Assembly: GCA_976551045.1 (NCBI GenBank)
Contig: CDPCPM010000050.1
Coordinates: forward strand, 11,160,001-11,224,000
Direction of reading: 5' to 3'
DNA from: Glaucostegus cemiculus
Taxonomy: Eukaryota
DNA: 64,000 bases
The notes under the pieces were generated by a model. That model searched no databases and was not told the DNA's origin. It saw nothing but the letters and a program-made list of their open reading frames with translations. The stretch's first letter is position 1. Every line of letters starts with the position of its first letter. This document shows, one piece after another, positions 37,925 through 49,924 of this stretch. Both the position numbers and the translations under genes were made by a program.

Positions 37925-38030
37925 ATGTGGACCAAATGCTGCTAAATGGGTTTAGTATAAATAGGTACTTAATGGTTGACATGGATATGCAGGTCTGAAG
38001 GGTCTGTTTCTAAGCTGTATAACTCTATGA
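37925..38030 (+). mobile_element. CR1 3' end abutting the Gypsy RT
   Basis: 'gacatggatatgcaggtctgaagggtctgtttctaagctgtataactctatga'. Confidence 0.8.
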
Positions 38031-38032
38031 AC

Positions 38033-39420
38033 CTCTAGAATAGCAAAATCTTTACCATTATATAAGTGTATGTCAACATCTTCTAATGTTGGCATTGGAT
38101 AATGATTTCTTTTCATAGCTTTATTCATATCTTTAAGATCTGAATATGTACATAGTGATCCAACCTTAGGTAATATTACCATTGAACTAATCCAAACAGT
38201 AAGTTTTGTTATCAGAACTAGAACATTTTGTCTGACCATCATGTTGGACCAGACCTGACATCTCATCAAGCCTGATTCAGTACTTTCCTTTCAATTGTCC
38301 AATTTCATCACCTCAGGATATTTCACTGACTGGTTTATAGTCATGTACAGTAATGCATACAATCATGGTTCCAGTACAGGGTGTTCTTAATTGCATCATT
38401 ATCTTTATACTTAATAATATCCATGCTCAAACATGCCTTCTGCCTAATGGAGGTCTTATGGCATGATTGCAGTCCAGCTTACACTTATAGTTAGCAATTT
38501 GATCCATTCTCTAACAGGGAAATGAACTCCATTGTAAGCTGTAATGGCTGATTCCACTCTTGAAAACTTGGTTATTTTCTTGGATAAGTGAAGCAGAGTT
38601 ACATTACAAAGGCCTCCTATGTCTACTTGAAATTCCAGTGGCTCCTGGCTCTAATTTAGGTTGAAATACTACTCATTATTCAAACCATAATTAATAATTT
38701 CACCAGCAACAAAATCAGTTGTTCTTCATTCCTTATCAATTGTCTGTTCATGTGCAGATAATTCCTTCTACAGTATTTTGTTACAAACTGTTTGTTCTTT
38801 CAATGCTTGTTACATATTTCACCAAAAGCAGTATCCAGTCCTCTTTTGTGGAACTCATGTTTCTATTCACAGTTCCAATACCCGCATACCCTTCAGTTTT
38901 CTTTAGCTTAGCTGGCAGCTTTTTCTCTGTTAATCCTAAATATTTTCTTGGGTTTACACATTACACTCAATTTCTGTCCTCCACATGTGAAAAGCCTCAA
39001 AGGCTACATTAATTTCTGACAAATAAACTTCTCTGACCCTCAAGTCTGCAATTCCAAATGTAATTCTGTCTCTGAATAGTTCTTCCAGTGCAACTGTGTG
39101 AAATTCATAACATTCAGTGAGTTTTCACGACACTGCTGTATACCGATCAAATGATTCACCACCATATTGCCTCCTGTTAAACTTATCCCCCTCAAAAGTT
39201 AATTTTTCTTCATGCTTGGCAGTACTGTGAAAATTTCCACAACCTAGGTTCTATCATAGATTTATCCATCCCTTTAGCTCAGGCTCTCTAAGTGGAATAA
39301 ATTTCATGGGCATCTACTGCTAACACAGTGAGAAAGGTTGCTATCTAAACTCATTCCATTCTTTGTTCCAGCTGCATCACCACAACATAATTCTGCCAAA
39401 CTACCTCAAATGAAAGGGTA
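38033..39420 (-). mobile_element. Ancient Gypsy gag-pro-RT relic
   Basis: gag: VWQNYVVV...IATFLTVLAVDAHEIYST and FNRRQYGGESFDRY...ELFRDRITFGI; protease-like KLEPGA at ~38650; RT: WISSMVILPK...DLKDMNKAMKRNHYPMPTLEDV. Contains stops; no LTR recognised. Confidence 0.85.
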
Positions 39421-40660
39421 TATCTAGATTTTATATTTAGTGTTCTAAGGAATTATGTTCCTTAGGAATAATGTTCTACCTCAACTACCTCAAATGCAAT
39501 TCAAATACTTGAAAGAGCACTTCATGAAGCCGCACATTTTATGAGTAACTTTCAAACAACATGATTGGTTCCAAGATCTTCATCAAGACAAAGAGAGAAT
39601 TGCTTTAAACAATCCTGCCCACCAGTATTGTATGATTCCACCTTTAATATTAAGTGGACCAGAGTTTGTTACAATGAGAGAAATCTGCTATTATTTATAG
39701 CAGGGTAAAGTAATTACATTAAACTCAGGGAGACAAGCCAACGTCACAGATTGCATTGTGTGCTGCATTCACAGAGACACACCCAAGTGCTCTCTAGACC
39801 AACTTAAAAACAAATGTATGCTGCTACCTCATGACCACCGGAGCAGTAAATAGTTTTGTGAAGCTTGCCCTGCAGAATGCTTCCAGTATTCGCTCTTTAT
39901 GTTTTGGATATCCAGCATGCTCTAGTTTCCATTGACATAGCTAATCTGTAACAATAGATTTATGTCCAGATAGCCATTTGAAAAGCTACTCAATATTTAT
40001 TCTGCTTTTCCTGTGGTGCTTGTATTTTTATCCATTTTAGAGTAATGAAAGCCTAATGAAGCTAAGGAAATTCAGCTTCAATCTTCAGTACAACGTCCAA
40101 ACATTACATGAAATGACATTCCTGACTCTTCTTCTTTCAACCAAATAACCATTAAGATCTCAGCAAAGGGCACTAGGTAAATGGTGTGCAATAAAATAAT
40201 GAATTACACCGAAGTATCATTGTGGCCAGGATTTTGCCATTCAACACACGTACACTGGGATTTCCGGTAATTAGGCATATGGGAATCTGTGGGATCTGTG
40301 AATAGCAAAGCAACAGGTAGACTTTCCATCAATTGGACTGGTGTATTGTCACTGAGCCTGACGAGTGTAAATCAAGAAGTAAAGAACAGGAAACATAATT
40401 AACATTTAATTGGTGAATAGCAGCAAAATAGAAATTGGGACACAAGCATGGAGTAGAGTACTATCTGCAAAAGGAAAATCATTTTAATTGTATTTTTAAA
40501 TTCTTTTGAGACAATGGAGCACTACTCTTTTCAGGATTGGAGAGGTTGTTCAAAAATTATTGCTATTACATCTTTTAAGTTCATGGTGACCCCAACTTTT
40601 TAATCCATCTTTGGTATGAGACCAGTAGATAATTTTCCTAAATTCACAATTTCTGTACAG

Positions 40661-40822
40661 ATTCTTCAAGCGAAGACCGCAACAAATGGAGCTTGCAGAC
40701 GAACCGCAGCTTCCAGCTTTTATATTTAACTATGCATGTGTAGATACCAGAAGCTGCTGCCGGTTTTATTCCGCAATGGGAAGCACTGACAGCCCCATTG
40801 TCATCAGTACTGCAAAACTTAG
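40661..40822 (+). other. Candidate exon or conserved non-coding element
   Basis: Acceptor 'ttctgtacag', 162 nt open in one frame, GC-type donor 'AG|gcaagt', 6 CpGs in a CpG-poor context; no recognisable protein. Confidence 0.25.
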
Positions 40823-42351
40823 GCAAGTGTAACTGAGAATGAAAAATATTTACACATCAGAGAATTCCCTAATGTAGGAACAGGCATGAAAGATCAAAAA
40901 GGTTTATTTCCAATTTATCTAATCCAATTCATTTCTTCACTTCTAATTAAAAGTAATTGCTGATCTATAGATAGCTTGACAAATATTGCACATAATCATG
41001 AAGCCCCAAATCTACATAACAAAGTTGCCTTGAATGGATTCTTTAAGAGAAATGTAGCTTAATTAAAGAGCTAAAAGATGAACATATACACAATAATTCC
41101 TTAGAACATTAAATATAAGATCTAGATATACACTTTCATTTGTAAAATTAAAGAAAACTTGCACTAGGCATTCATTTATTAATAAGAATGTTTCTTCAGA
41201 GGAATTTATACCCTTAATTATCCCATATGTGAGGTCTTCTAAACCAGTGTAAACAATGATCTGTTACATTATATTCTACATAATAACAACGTACATGAAA
41301 TGCAATGAAATTTCATCCACATTTTTGTTGAGTGCCTTTGCAGCAACAGAATCAAGTGCAGACCCAATGGTTTTTTTTTCTGAGTGATTTCCCAAATGAT
41401 TATAAATTTCAGAGAGATGCAGATGCTGGAAACTGGAGCAAAAACAAACAGCTGGAGGAACTCAGCGGGTCAGGCAGCATCTGCGAAGGCAAAAGGATAG
41501 ATGATATTTTGGGCCAAGACCCTGCATCAGGACTGAGAGTGTAGAGGGGAGATAGCCGGTATAAAGAACTGAGAGGAAGGGGTGAGGTAGGGTTTAGCAG
41601 AAGGAGAATGATGGGCAGATGAGGGCAGATTGGGGAGGGTGAGTTGGGAGATGGCAGCTGGTGGGTAATAGGTAGCGACAGATAAGGAAAGAGAACAAAA
41701 ATGGACAGGTGGAACCAGGTGAGATGAGGGGAGAGTAGTGGTAAAGACAAGAGGCTGGAAGGTGATCAGAGATGCAAGAGGCTGCAGATGCTGGAATCTG
41801 ATAAGTAAGGAAAGTGTTAAGAGGAACCAGATATGGAAAAGATGATGGGGAGATGGAACCAGATAGAGAGGGCAGAACCTGTATGAATCAGAAAGAAAAA
41901 GAAAGGAGCACAGGGAGTGGGGGTTACCTGAAGCTGTAAAACTTAATGTTCATGCCATTAGTTTGGAGACTACCCAGGTGGAATATGAAGAATTGTTCTT
42001 CCAGTTTGTGTTTGGCCTCACCCTCATACAGGAGAAGGCCGAGGACAGGCAGGTCAGTGAGGGAATGGGAAGAGGAGTATAAATGGCATGCAACCAGGAG
42101 CTCAGGATAGTGATTGTGACAGAGCCCAGGTTCTGCAAAATGGTTGCCTAGTCTACGCTTGGTCTCACTGATGTACAGGAAGCCACACTGAGAGCACCAA
42201 AAGGAGTGAATGAGGGAGTCATAGAGACAGGGTCCCTGTGGAATGGGGAGGGGAAGATGTGGTGGTGGGATCACGTTTCACTGGCGGAAATAACAAAGGA
42301 TGATGTGATCGATGTGGAGGCTGGTAGATTGAAAGGTAAGGACCAAGGGAC

Positions 42352-42512
42352 TGCACTCTGTGGCAATGAATTCCATTGATTAACCACCACCTAGCTGAAG
42401 AAATTCCCCCTCATTTTAATTTTAAAGGGACCTTCCTTTATTTTGAGGCTGTGTGCTCGGATCCTAGACTCTCCTACCAATAGAAACATTCTCTTCATGT
42501 CCACTCTATCCA
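42352..42512 (-). mobile_element. Internal CR1 fragment inside the Penelope element
   Basis: 'gaattccattgattaaccaccacctagctgaagaaattccccctcat...cctagactctcctaccaatagaaaca'. Confidence 0.75.
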
Positions 42513-42592
42513 GGAGATGAAGACAAAGATTTCCAGAAAAGGGAGAGCTATGTTAGAAATAGTCCAAGTGACTTTGAGGCCAGGATGGAACT

Positions 42593-42882
42593 TAAGATAA
42601 GATAAGATAAGATATCTTTATTAGCCAGATGTACATCAAAACACACAGTGTAACACATCTTTGCGTAGAGTGTTCTGGGGGCAGCCTACAAGTAGTATAG
42701 CGGTTGGCGTAATGTTATTATAGTGCCAGCAACTCGGGTTCAATTCTGGCCACTGTCTGCGAGGAGTTTGTACGTTCTCCCCATGACTGCGTGGGTTTCC
42801 TCTGGGTGCTCTGGTTTCCTCCCACATTCCAAAGACGTATGGGTTAGGAGTTGTGGGCATGCTATGTTGGTGCCAGAAGTGT
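42593..42882. mobile_element. V-SINE inserted in Penelope, with head and tail in opposite orientations
   Basis: tRNA-like head and V domain on + (42694-42882); tail with AATAAA and (TTATC)n on - (42593-42693). Confidence 0.8.
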
Positions 42883-43499
42883 AGTGAAAGTGATAAAATT
42901 GATGTTTTCTGCATGTCTGCAGGAGGCAGCATCAATGCAGTCACTGATGGAGCAGAGAAAGAGTTGGGGAGTGGTGCCAGAATAAGTTTGGAACAAGGAT
43001 TGTTCCACGTAGCTAACAAACAGACAGGCATAGCTAAGGCTACACCTTTGACTTGTAGAAAGTAAGAGAAATTGAAAGGGAAGTCGTTCAGGATAAGAAC
43101 AAGTCCTGCCAGGCAGATGAGAGTATTAGTAGAGGGGAACTGATTGGATCGTTGGTCCACAAAGAAGCACAGAGCCCTAAAACCCCTCTACTGGGGGATA
43201 GAGAAATTGTAAATTACAATTGTTTAAATCCTTTCAAGATCTGGCCATCTATTAACCTGTTTGTCTCTGTCATTGGGATGACAAAGGTGAAGCCCCTTTG
43301 GCAATATTTTTCCAGGTATTCACAAGTTAGGTGAAAAACACCCAAGTCACTTCAAGTGAAAGATATTTTCCCTCTGCTGCTCCATCCTTCTCTATATTAC
43401 ATTAGTGAAAGTGTTGACTTTGATATTGTCTAAGAACCTCCTTGAATGAAAAGTGAAATAGTATGTTACAGGTGTTAAATATTGAATGAGACAAGAAAC

Positions 43500-43785
43500 T
43501 AAGTCTATGCCTGCCCTCGCAGATAGAAACAAGAGAACTGTTTCCCTGTAAATCCACATCCCATCAATTCCCCTGGAATTCTACCACTCTTCTCCATACT
43601 AGAATGGCCAGTTAACCCTACCAACCCTCATGTTATTGGGATGTGGAAGGAGACACAGGCACTTAGGAAACACTAGTGGTCACACAGAGAGCATGCTGAC
43701 TCCATGTAGACAGCACTAGAGGTCAGGCTTGAATGCGTGTCACTTGACCTATAAGGCAGCAGTTCTACTAACTGCACCATTTGCT
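43500..43785 (-). mobile_element. Old V-SINE
   Basis: 'ggccagttaaccctacc...gggatgtggaaggagacacaggcacttaggaaacac...ggtcacacagagagcatg'. Confidence 0.7.
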
Positions 43786-45384
43786 GCACAAGCTCCCATG
43801 CACTGTCTGTAGCTCCATTGTCATGGCATCTGTAACAGCTGCAGGGTAAATAGTCACTGCAATGCTTTAAATCAGCAATGAGTGGTGTGCACACAGTGCT
43901 GGGGAACCAGGATTTCACACTTCTGAGTCATAATATGAACATCCCAAATAATGGAAGTAAACAGCCTCCGAGTGCAGTCAAGGAATACCCATGTTGTACT
44001 GTTTATGCGTGTTTTGCATAGTAACAGCAGCTTTCCCCTCTTTCTTTCTCCATCCCACAAGGCACCTCCGAGCCCTCACCAGAGGTGGCTTCATTTTTTC
44101 CAATTGTTTATTGCTAAAAAACTTTGAGTAAGAAATATAAGTTAAAGAAATAAATTTATTTTGCAACACAACTGTGTAAGGTATGTATAAAGAATGCACA
44201 ATATGGAAAGCACTGCCTTCACCAGAGAGCAGAAAACAATTGTGACTGCCATAGTCCCATGGAACACCTCAGTGATAATCTAATGTATTTTGTTTTAGCA
44301 AAGTCTACAGTTCAATAATGAAGTTGAGCACAAACAAGAACAATGCCCTTAACAAAGGTCATCTTTTTCTGTTCTATCCCCAAATTTACCCATTCTTTTG
44401 GCAGGTTGCACTAACAGCTGTCTTTGATCATGGGAACATGTATGAAACTCTTAGCACTTTAAGAATGCTGTCTGCTGATCAAAGGGTGCAATTTTGACAG
44501 TAAAGCTGGCAGAATCTGAACTGTTTCCAAAAGAAAGCATGCTTCAAATTAAAAGATTTAATGTTCATCATCATCTTCACTTGCAAAAGAGTTTGTATAG
44601 CTTCGACTGCCAGATTGTGCTCTCTATTGTTTCTTCGAACAGTAATAATGATTCAATATATCAACGCAGAAACATTCAAATTACACTGCATTTCCTGGAT
44701 CCCAGATTTTGAAATATAAATTGCTGCACCAAAGTCATAGCACTACATCTGACATTATGTGGCATATGTTTATGGTTCATTCACATTACAGCAGGAAAAG
44801 GTTAAATAAATGAATAATGCTTAAGTTCAAAAGTACACATTTATCAGAGTTAAGATCAAGAGAAGGCTTAACTTATCTCATTGTAAAATAACCAAGAGAA
44901 ATGTTAATTGATTAAATGCTCTCATAAACTACCTCTGAGGTGGTTGCATAATGTTTAGTGGAGTTACAAAACTTACTTATTTGGTTTTATAAGAAATTAA
45001 TGAAAGCATTTGACAACAGTGATTATTACAACCAACATGTAACCATAATAATTAAAATCAGTACTTTGTCATTTTCAGATTTAAACTCATAAATACAGTA
45101 AAATATATAATTGTCTAAAGTTTGTTTCCTAATAGCTTCGTTTTTTGTGACTCTGCCATGCGAACTATTGTACTCTGAGAAAAGTACATCTGCAATTTTT
45201 ACTTGAACTGATAGCTCATTAAAGAACTACTGGAACACGTGGAATGAGAAAATATAATTCCAGGGAACGAAGCTCAATTAGCAGTATTGGGAGGAAAAGA
45301 AACAATCACAACAGACACAGTAATGACCCTTTACGTATTCCCAATCAACTAATGAGCTGCATAGTTGGTCAAAATGAAAGCCAG

Positions 45385-45805
45385 ACATTTAGACAGCACA
45401 TCAGGGTGCCCTGAAGCACTTTATAGCCGATGAAGTCCTTCTGTAGTGTAGTCACTATTTATAGAGGAAATGCAACAACCAATTTGCATACAGCAAGCTT
45501 CCATAAATAATAACTAGGTAATATGATTTAATGATGCTGATTGAGGGCTAAATATTGGCCAAGAATGGAGTTAAATCCCCAGCTTTTCTTCAAAATAATG
45601 TCATGGCATCCTTTATCTCCATCTGAGAAAGCAGATGGTGGCTCAGTTTAAAATCACATGTGAAAGATGATGTCTTCAATATTGCAGCTCCCCATTAATA
45701 TTGCATCAGTCTGGAATTTTGAGCTCAAGCCTCTGGAGTGGGGCTTAAATCTACAACTTTCTGACTCAAAGGTGAACAGACTACCAAAGGAACTATAGCT
45801 GGCAT
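45385..45805 (-). mobile_element. Deu-domain SINE (SacSINE1/AmnSINE1-related), near full length
   Basis: 'ctgagaaagcagatggtggctcagtttaaaatcacatgtgaaagatg...gctcaagcctctggagtggggcttaaatctacaactttctgactc' matches the reverse complement of a tRNA-like head plus Deu domain. Confidence 0.75.
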
Positions 45806-46479
45806 AATATGTTAGAAGGCATATTCACTCCACTGTTAAACGTGCAAAATTACTGACACAAAGGTCGACATCCTTTCCAAATCTCATTTATAGTCTATGT
45901 CCTGAAGGGAGGAATTACCTTGGTAACAGACAAACATAAATAATATATTTATGGAGTTAAAGCCATCCCTGTAAAATGTAACCTCTATCTATTCACCACC
46001 CACCTGGATATACACACTATAATCATATGGAAACAACTTACAGAATTTTCCAACAACAAATTACAACCAAAAAAATCCCATAGAGGCTTATTGGTTCTGG
46101 TACTTTATACCAGAGGTTAACTATGTCTATAGATATTCATTAGTTGAGATTATATCTCATGGACAATTTTCTTATTGGGCTTGAGTCTTTCTGTTCTGTA
46201 TGTTTTCACTGCACAGATTCAATTCTTTGAAAGAGACTGGGTTTCATAGTAATTAGGCATTTGCAAAAGGTGCAACGGATGGAGGAAGGTCAGCCATTTC
46301 AGCAGAGGGGAAACTAGGTGGGAATTAGCTGTTCTTGATATCAAGACAGTGCTTGATGGAGTCCAAAAGACTTTGAAAACCTGAAGTCAAGAGCAAGGAG
46401 AGATAAAGGGTCCAAATTAAAGAAATGGACTATTCAGTGGAGCACCTGGATAGATCCACTAGAACTTCTCATGCAGCAT

Positions 46480-46690
46480 TCTTGACCCTGATCTGCTTTA
46501 TCAATGACCATCTTTCTGAAATAATGTCAGAACTGAGATTGTTTGCTGATCGACCTCTGCATCTGATTTCATTCACAACTCTTCCAAAGTCAGAGTATCC
46601 TATGCCAGCTAATAGCAAGACCTGAAAAATTCTCAAACTTGGGCTAATGGTGGGTAACATTCCTGTCATAGTAACCATAAGTACCAAGGA
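46480..46690 (+). mobile_element. LINE RT fragment
   Basis: LICFINDHLSEIMSELRLFAD, the RT 'INDL...FADD' motif. Confidence 0.65.
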
Positions 46691-46789
46691 GGTGTCTACC
46701 TACGGCCTCTGAAGACATAACAACAAACTCCATAATCATGTGAAAAGCTCCCAGCTACCATACCACAATCTCTCTCCATCTCTTCACTG

Positions 46790-47170
46790 TCTCTGAATTA
46801 CTAGAGTGTTTGCCCAGCTTCCAAATCATTTACAACCATGGTATTAGGATTTGAGGTGAGCTTCCACCATCATACCAGCTCTATTGCTATGGCCACCTGT
46901 TTCCTCTTCTGTCACTGGCCTCAGCTCATCTGCTGAATCCCTCAAATCTGCCTTTGATACCTCCAATTCTTTTGAGCTGGTCTTCAACTTTTTAACTAAG
47001 CCATGCTTGAACCTCTGTTGCATGTGACTCACACAAAATCACGGTGCCATATAATGGCTGGTGGTCCAGCAAGATTTAGAATTCTCATGTTCACTTACAA
47101 ATCCTTCCAAGACTTCACCCTCCCTCTGCAGCAGCCTCCCCTTTCCATAATTCTACTTACACCAATGTTC
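46790..47170 (+). mobile_element. Old L2-like fragment
   Basis: 'tttagaattctcatgttcacttacaaatccttccaagacttcaccctccct' (RFRILMFTYKS). Confidence 0.5.
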
Positions 47171-47269
47171 TGCCTCAAGGTCAGCATAGAGATATTTGGA
47201 AAAGCACCCCAGAATAGACTGTGAAGCATTGCTTGGAATGGTCACTAATTTATGAAGAGAGAAAAACAG

Positions 47270-47625
47270 AGGGTGGTACAGTGGTGCAGTAATTAGTGCT
47301 ACTGCCTTGAGTTTCAGCAACTCAAGTTCAATCCTGAGCTCCAGTGCTTTGCGAGTGGAGTTTTCATGTTCCTTCCTGTGACTGAGTGGGCTGCCTCAGG
47401 TTGCATCAGTTTCCTCCCACATCCTAAAGACATGCTGATCAGTAGGTTAACCGACTATCATAAATTACTCCTCATGCATGTGGGTGATAGGAGAGTTAGG
47501 GCGATGTGGCATGTGAGAGAGAATAGGTTAAACGGGAATAATTAGAGACTGAAGTTGATCAGAGTGCTCTGAGAGCTGGGTCAACTTGATGGGACAAATA
47601 GTCTCCTTCTATTTCATGAGAATAG
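47270..47625 (+). mobile_element. Old full-length V-SINE
   Basis: 'ggtacagtggtgcagtaattag...gttcaatcctgagctcc...gtgactgagtgggctgcctcaggttgcatcagtttcctcccacatcc'. Confidence 0.8.
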
Positions 47626-47867
47626 TATGAATTGTTGGGCCAGATTGTGGCCATCTTGGCCTGCATCTCATGAGTGCTTTCTGTGCTGGCCTTATGGTTG
47701 CACCAAGTTTTTTGCAGGTGCAAAGCTCCTAATGCACAGCCAGTGTCATCACCACAGCCCTTCCATGAGGCACGGCAGATGACAATTGGCAACCAGGCCA
47801 CAGGCAGTGGGAACTAAGGCCCTCCCCTCAGACCTGTCAGATGGCTTTCTGACAGCATGTGATAAAA

Positions 47868-48082
47868 CTTTATTTATACAGCACCGTAACACGCCCTTCC
47901 ACCCCAACAAACCCACACCACCCAATTACATGCATGTTAACCTACTAGCCCTTTGGAACGTCAGAGGAAACCAGAGCACCAGAGGAAACCCGCGCAGTCA
48001 TAGGGAGAACGTACAAACTCCTCACAGACAGCAGCGGGAGTCAAACTCCGATCAATAGTGCTGTAATAGTGTTATGCTAACA
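47868..48082 (-). mobile_element. V-SINE
   Basis: 'gaggaaaccagagcaccagaggaaacccgcgcagtcatagggagaacgtacaaactcc'. Confidence 0.88.
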
Positions 48083-49669
48083 TTTCCAAATGCCTCTGAG
48101 AAAAGTATGAAGTTGTTTATAAAAAAGTTATATCGCAAGCTTCCTTTGGTCCTTCCTTTGAAATTTTCTTGATTGGACTGGTAAAGTGCAATAAAAATGC
48201 AACATACCTGCAACTTAGCCAACACAAAACCTCAAATAGTTTCAACAGAGATATGGAAATTTGTAAGATTAGTACTAGGAATGTCACAGCTATGATACTG
48301 AGGATAGATTTGGGAAAAAACAAATGGTATTTACCAACAGCACCAAAGAGGGGGAAAAAACTGACAAGTCAGACTGACTGGATTGGTCTTCAAAAGAGTT
48401 TGTGCAGAGTCACTGGGCTGAATGGTCTTCTCCAATGCTACCATGTTTTATGATTCTGTGCTTCCCACGAGAGCAAAGTTTATAAATGTTTTGATGGATT
48501 CTAGCACAACTTTTAGTGACAATGGAGTGTGAGCTAATTTGCAATGTTTGAATGAAAAGGTTTTCCTTACTTAGAACATAAATGGCAGTCAATTGACAGC
48601 ATGGAGTCATTGATTCCTTGATAGTTCTTAATGAAGTCCTGATAAGGTGAATTTGTTATTAACTGGAATCCACACTTACTCATTTAAATGTAATATGTCA
48701 AAAACATTTGTTTTCATATATCTACACAGATACATTTTGTTTGCTGTTCAATGTTTCTTGGCAAGCCAAGATATTTCCATTGACTCCCATCTCCTGGCCT
48801 GATCTTTATCCATGCCTAGTTTCTTTACCTAGACCCATTTGACTAACTGAGTTTCAGCAGTTTACAACAATAGCCCATTGACTCAGACCGTCAATACACC
48901 AGATCTTTAAAATCCATTCCATCATAGGTTCAGACTGGACCTTCACTCACCACATTTTTGGACGCAATGAAAGCCTCATTATTTACTATACTGAAAAGTA
49001 AGTCTTGCCCTTCCCACAAGGATAATGGAAACTGGTCTTCCACAATTTGTTCTGAAATACCAGTTGTGGAAGACCACAACTTCCACAATCATAAGGACAA
49101 AGAGAGTATAGGGTAGTTTTATTCATCAATAAATAAAATGTAATATAACTAAATTAAATATGCTTTGGTATTTTGGGAAGGAAAGGAAGTAATTATAACT
49201 CAAATAATTCAGTTTGCATAGTACCTGGATATGGTCTTAAAAAGTGCTGCCACACAGTGATAGTCACCAAAATATAATCCTTGGACTGCCAGAGGGAAAC
49301 ATCTTTTTGGTGGTGAAACTAGCCTGCAGAAACAGGTTGTCTGAATGCATAGCCTCCTGGACTGCCATGTGATGAATGGTCAAATCAGAGGGGTGCATGA
49401 GTCATGATGAAATTCATAAAAATGCATCTCTTCCAGTTTTCTTCACAATATGCACAAAGGAAATCAACTTTAGGTGAACAAAAGGTAGTAGTCTGTTCAA
49501 CTGATGACCCCAATTACTTATATGGATGTTACTTGGTCAAATAGAAATTCAGCACTTTCCTGCTTTTGGTACCCAGCATCATAATCAAATACTCGCAGGT
49601 CACATAAAGTTCACATCTCAATTAGAAGTGCACCTTGCAATATTCAGTGTGATATTTCTATTTCCTGCA

Positions 49670-49924
49670 CAATTTAAATTTAAATTTTATTTACAGCATG
49701 GTAACAGGCCCTTTTGGCCCAACGAGTCCGCACCGCCCATTTTAAACCCCCAAATTAACCTACCCGTATGTCTTTCGGAATGTGGGAGGAAACCGGAGCA
49801 CCCGGAGGAAACCCACGCAGACACAGGAGAACGTACAAACTCCTTACAGACAGTGATGGGAATTGAACCCTGATTTCTTGCGCTGTAACAGCGTCGTGCT
49901 AACCGCTACACTATTGTGCCGCCC
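49670..49924 (-). mobile_element. Young full-length V-SINE (HE1-like)
   Basis: The reverse complement starts GGGCGGCAC, with A/B boxes, a perfect V core GTGGGTTTCCTCCGGGTGCTCCGGTTTCCTCCCAC and an AT-rich tail. Confidence 0.95.

Larger units (their letters stand above)
41408..43200 (-). mobile_element. Penelope-like retroelement (RT + GIY-YIG + pseudo-LTR), decayed and interrupted
   Basis: RT: NQFPSTNTLICLAGLVLILNDFPFNFSYFLQVKGVA; GIY-YIG: CSQCGFLYISETKRRLGNHFAE...KLEEQFFIFHLGSLQTNGMNIKF; terminus at 41408-41545. Confidence 0.92.

Noticed and set aside
40644-40826. Ig-domain assignment from SGIYTCIV, or mesothelin/otoancorin-like assignment of the + frame
   Set aside because: Only a few residues match, the Asp of the DxGxYxC motif is absent, and no partner exons were found.
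42636-43160. 174-aa ORF
   Set aside because: Chimeric read-through of frameshifted Penelope RT into an antisense SINE.
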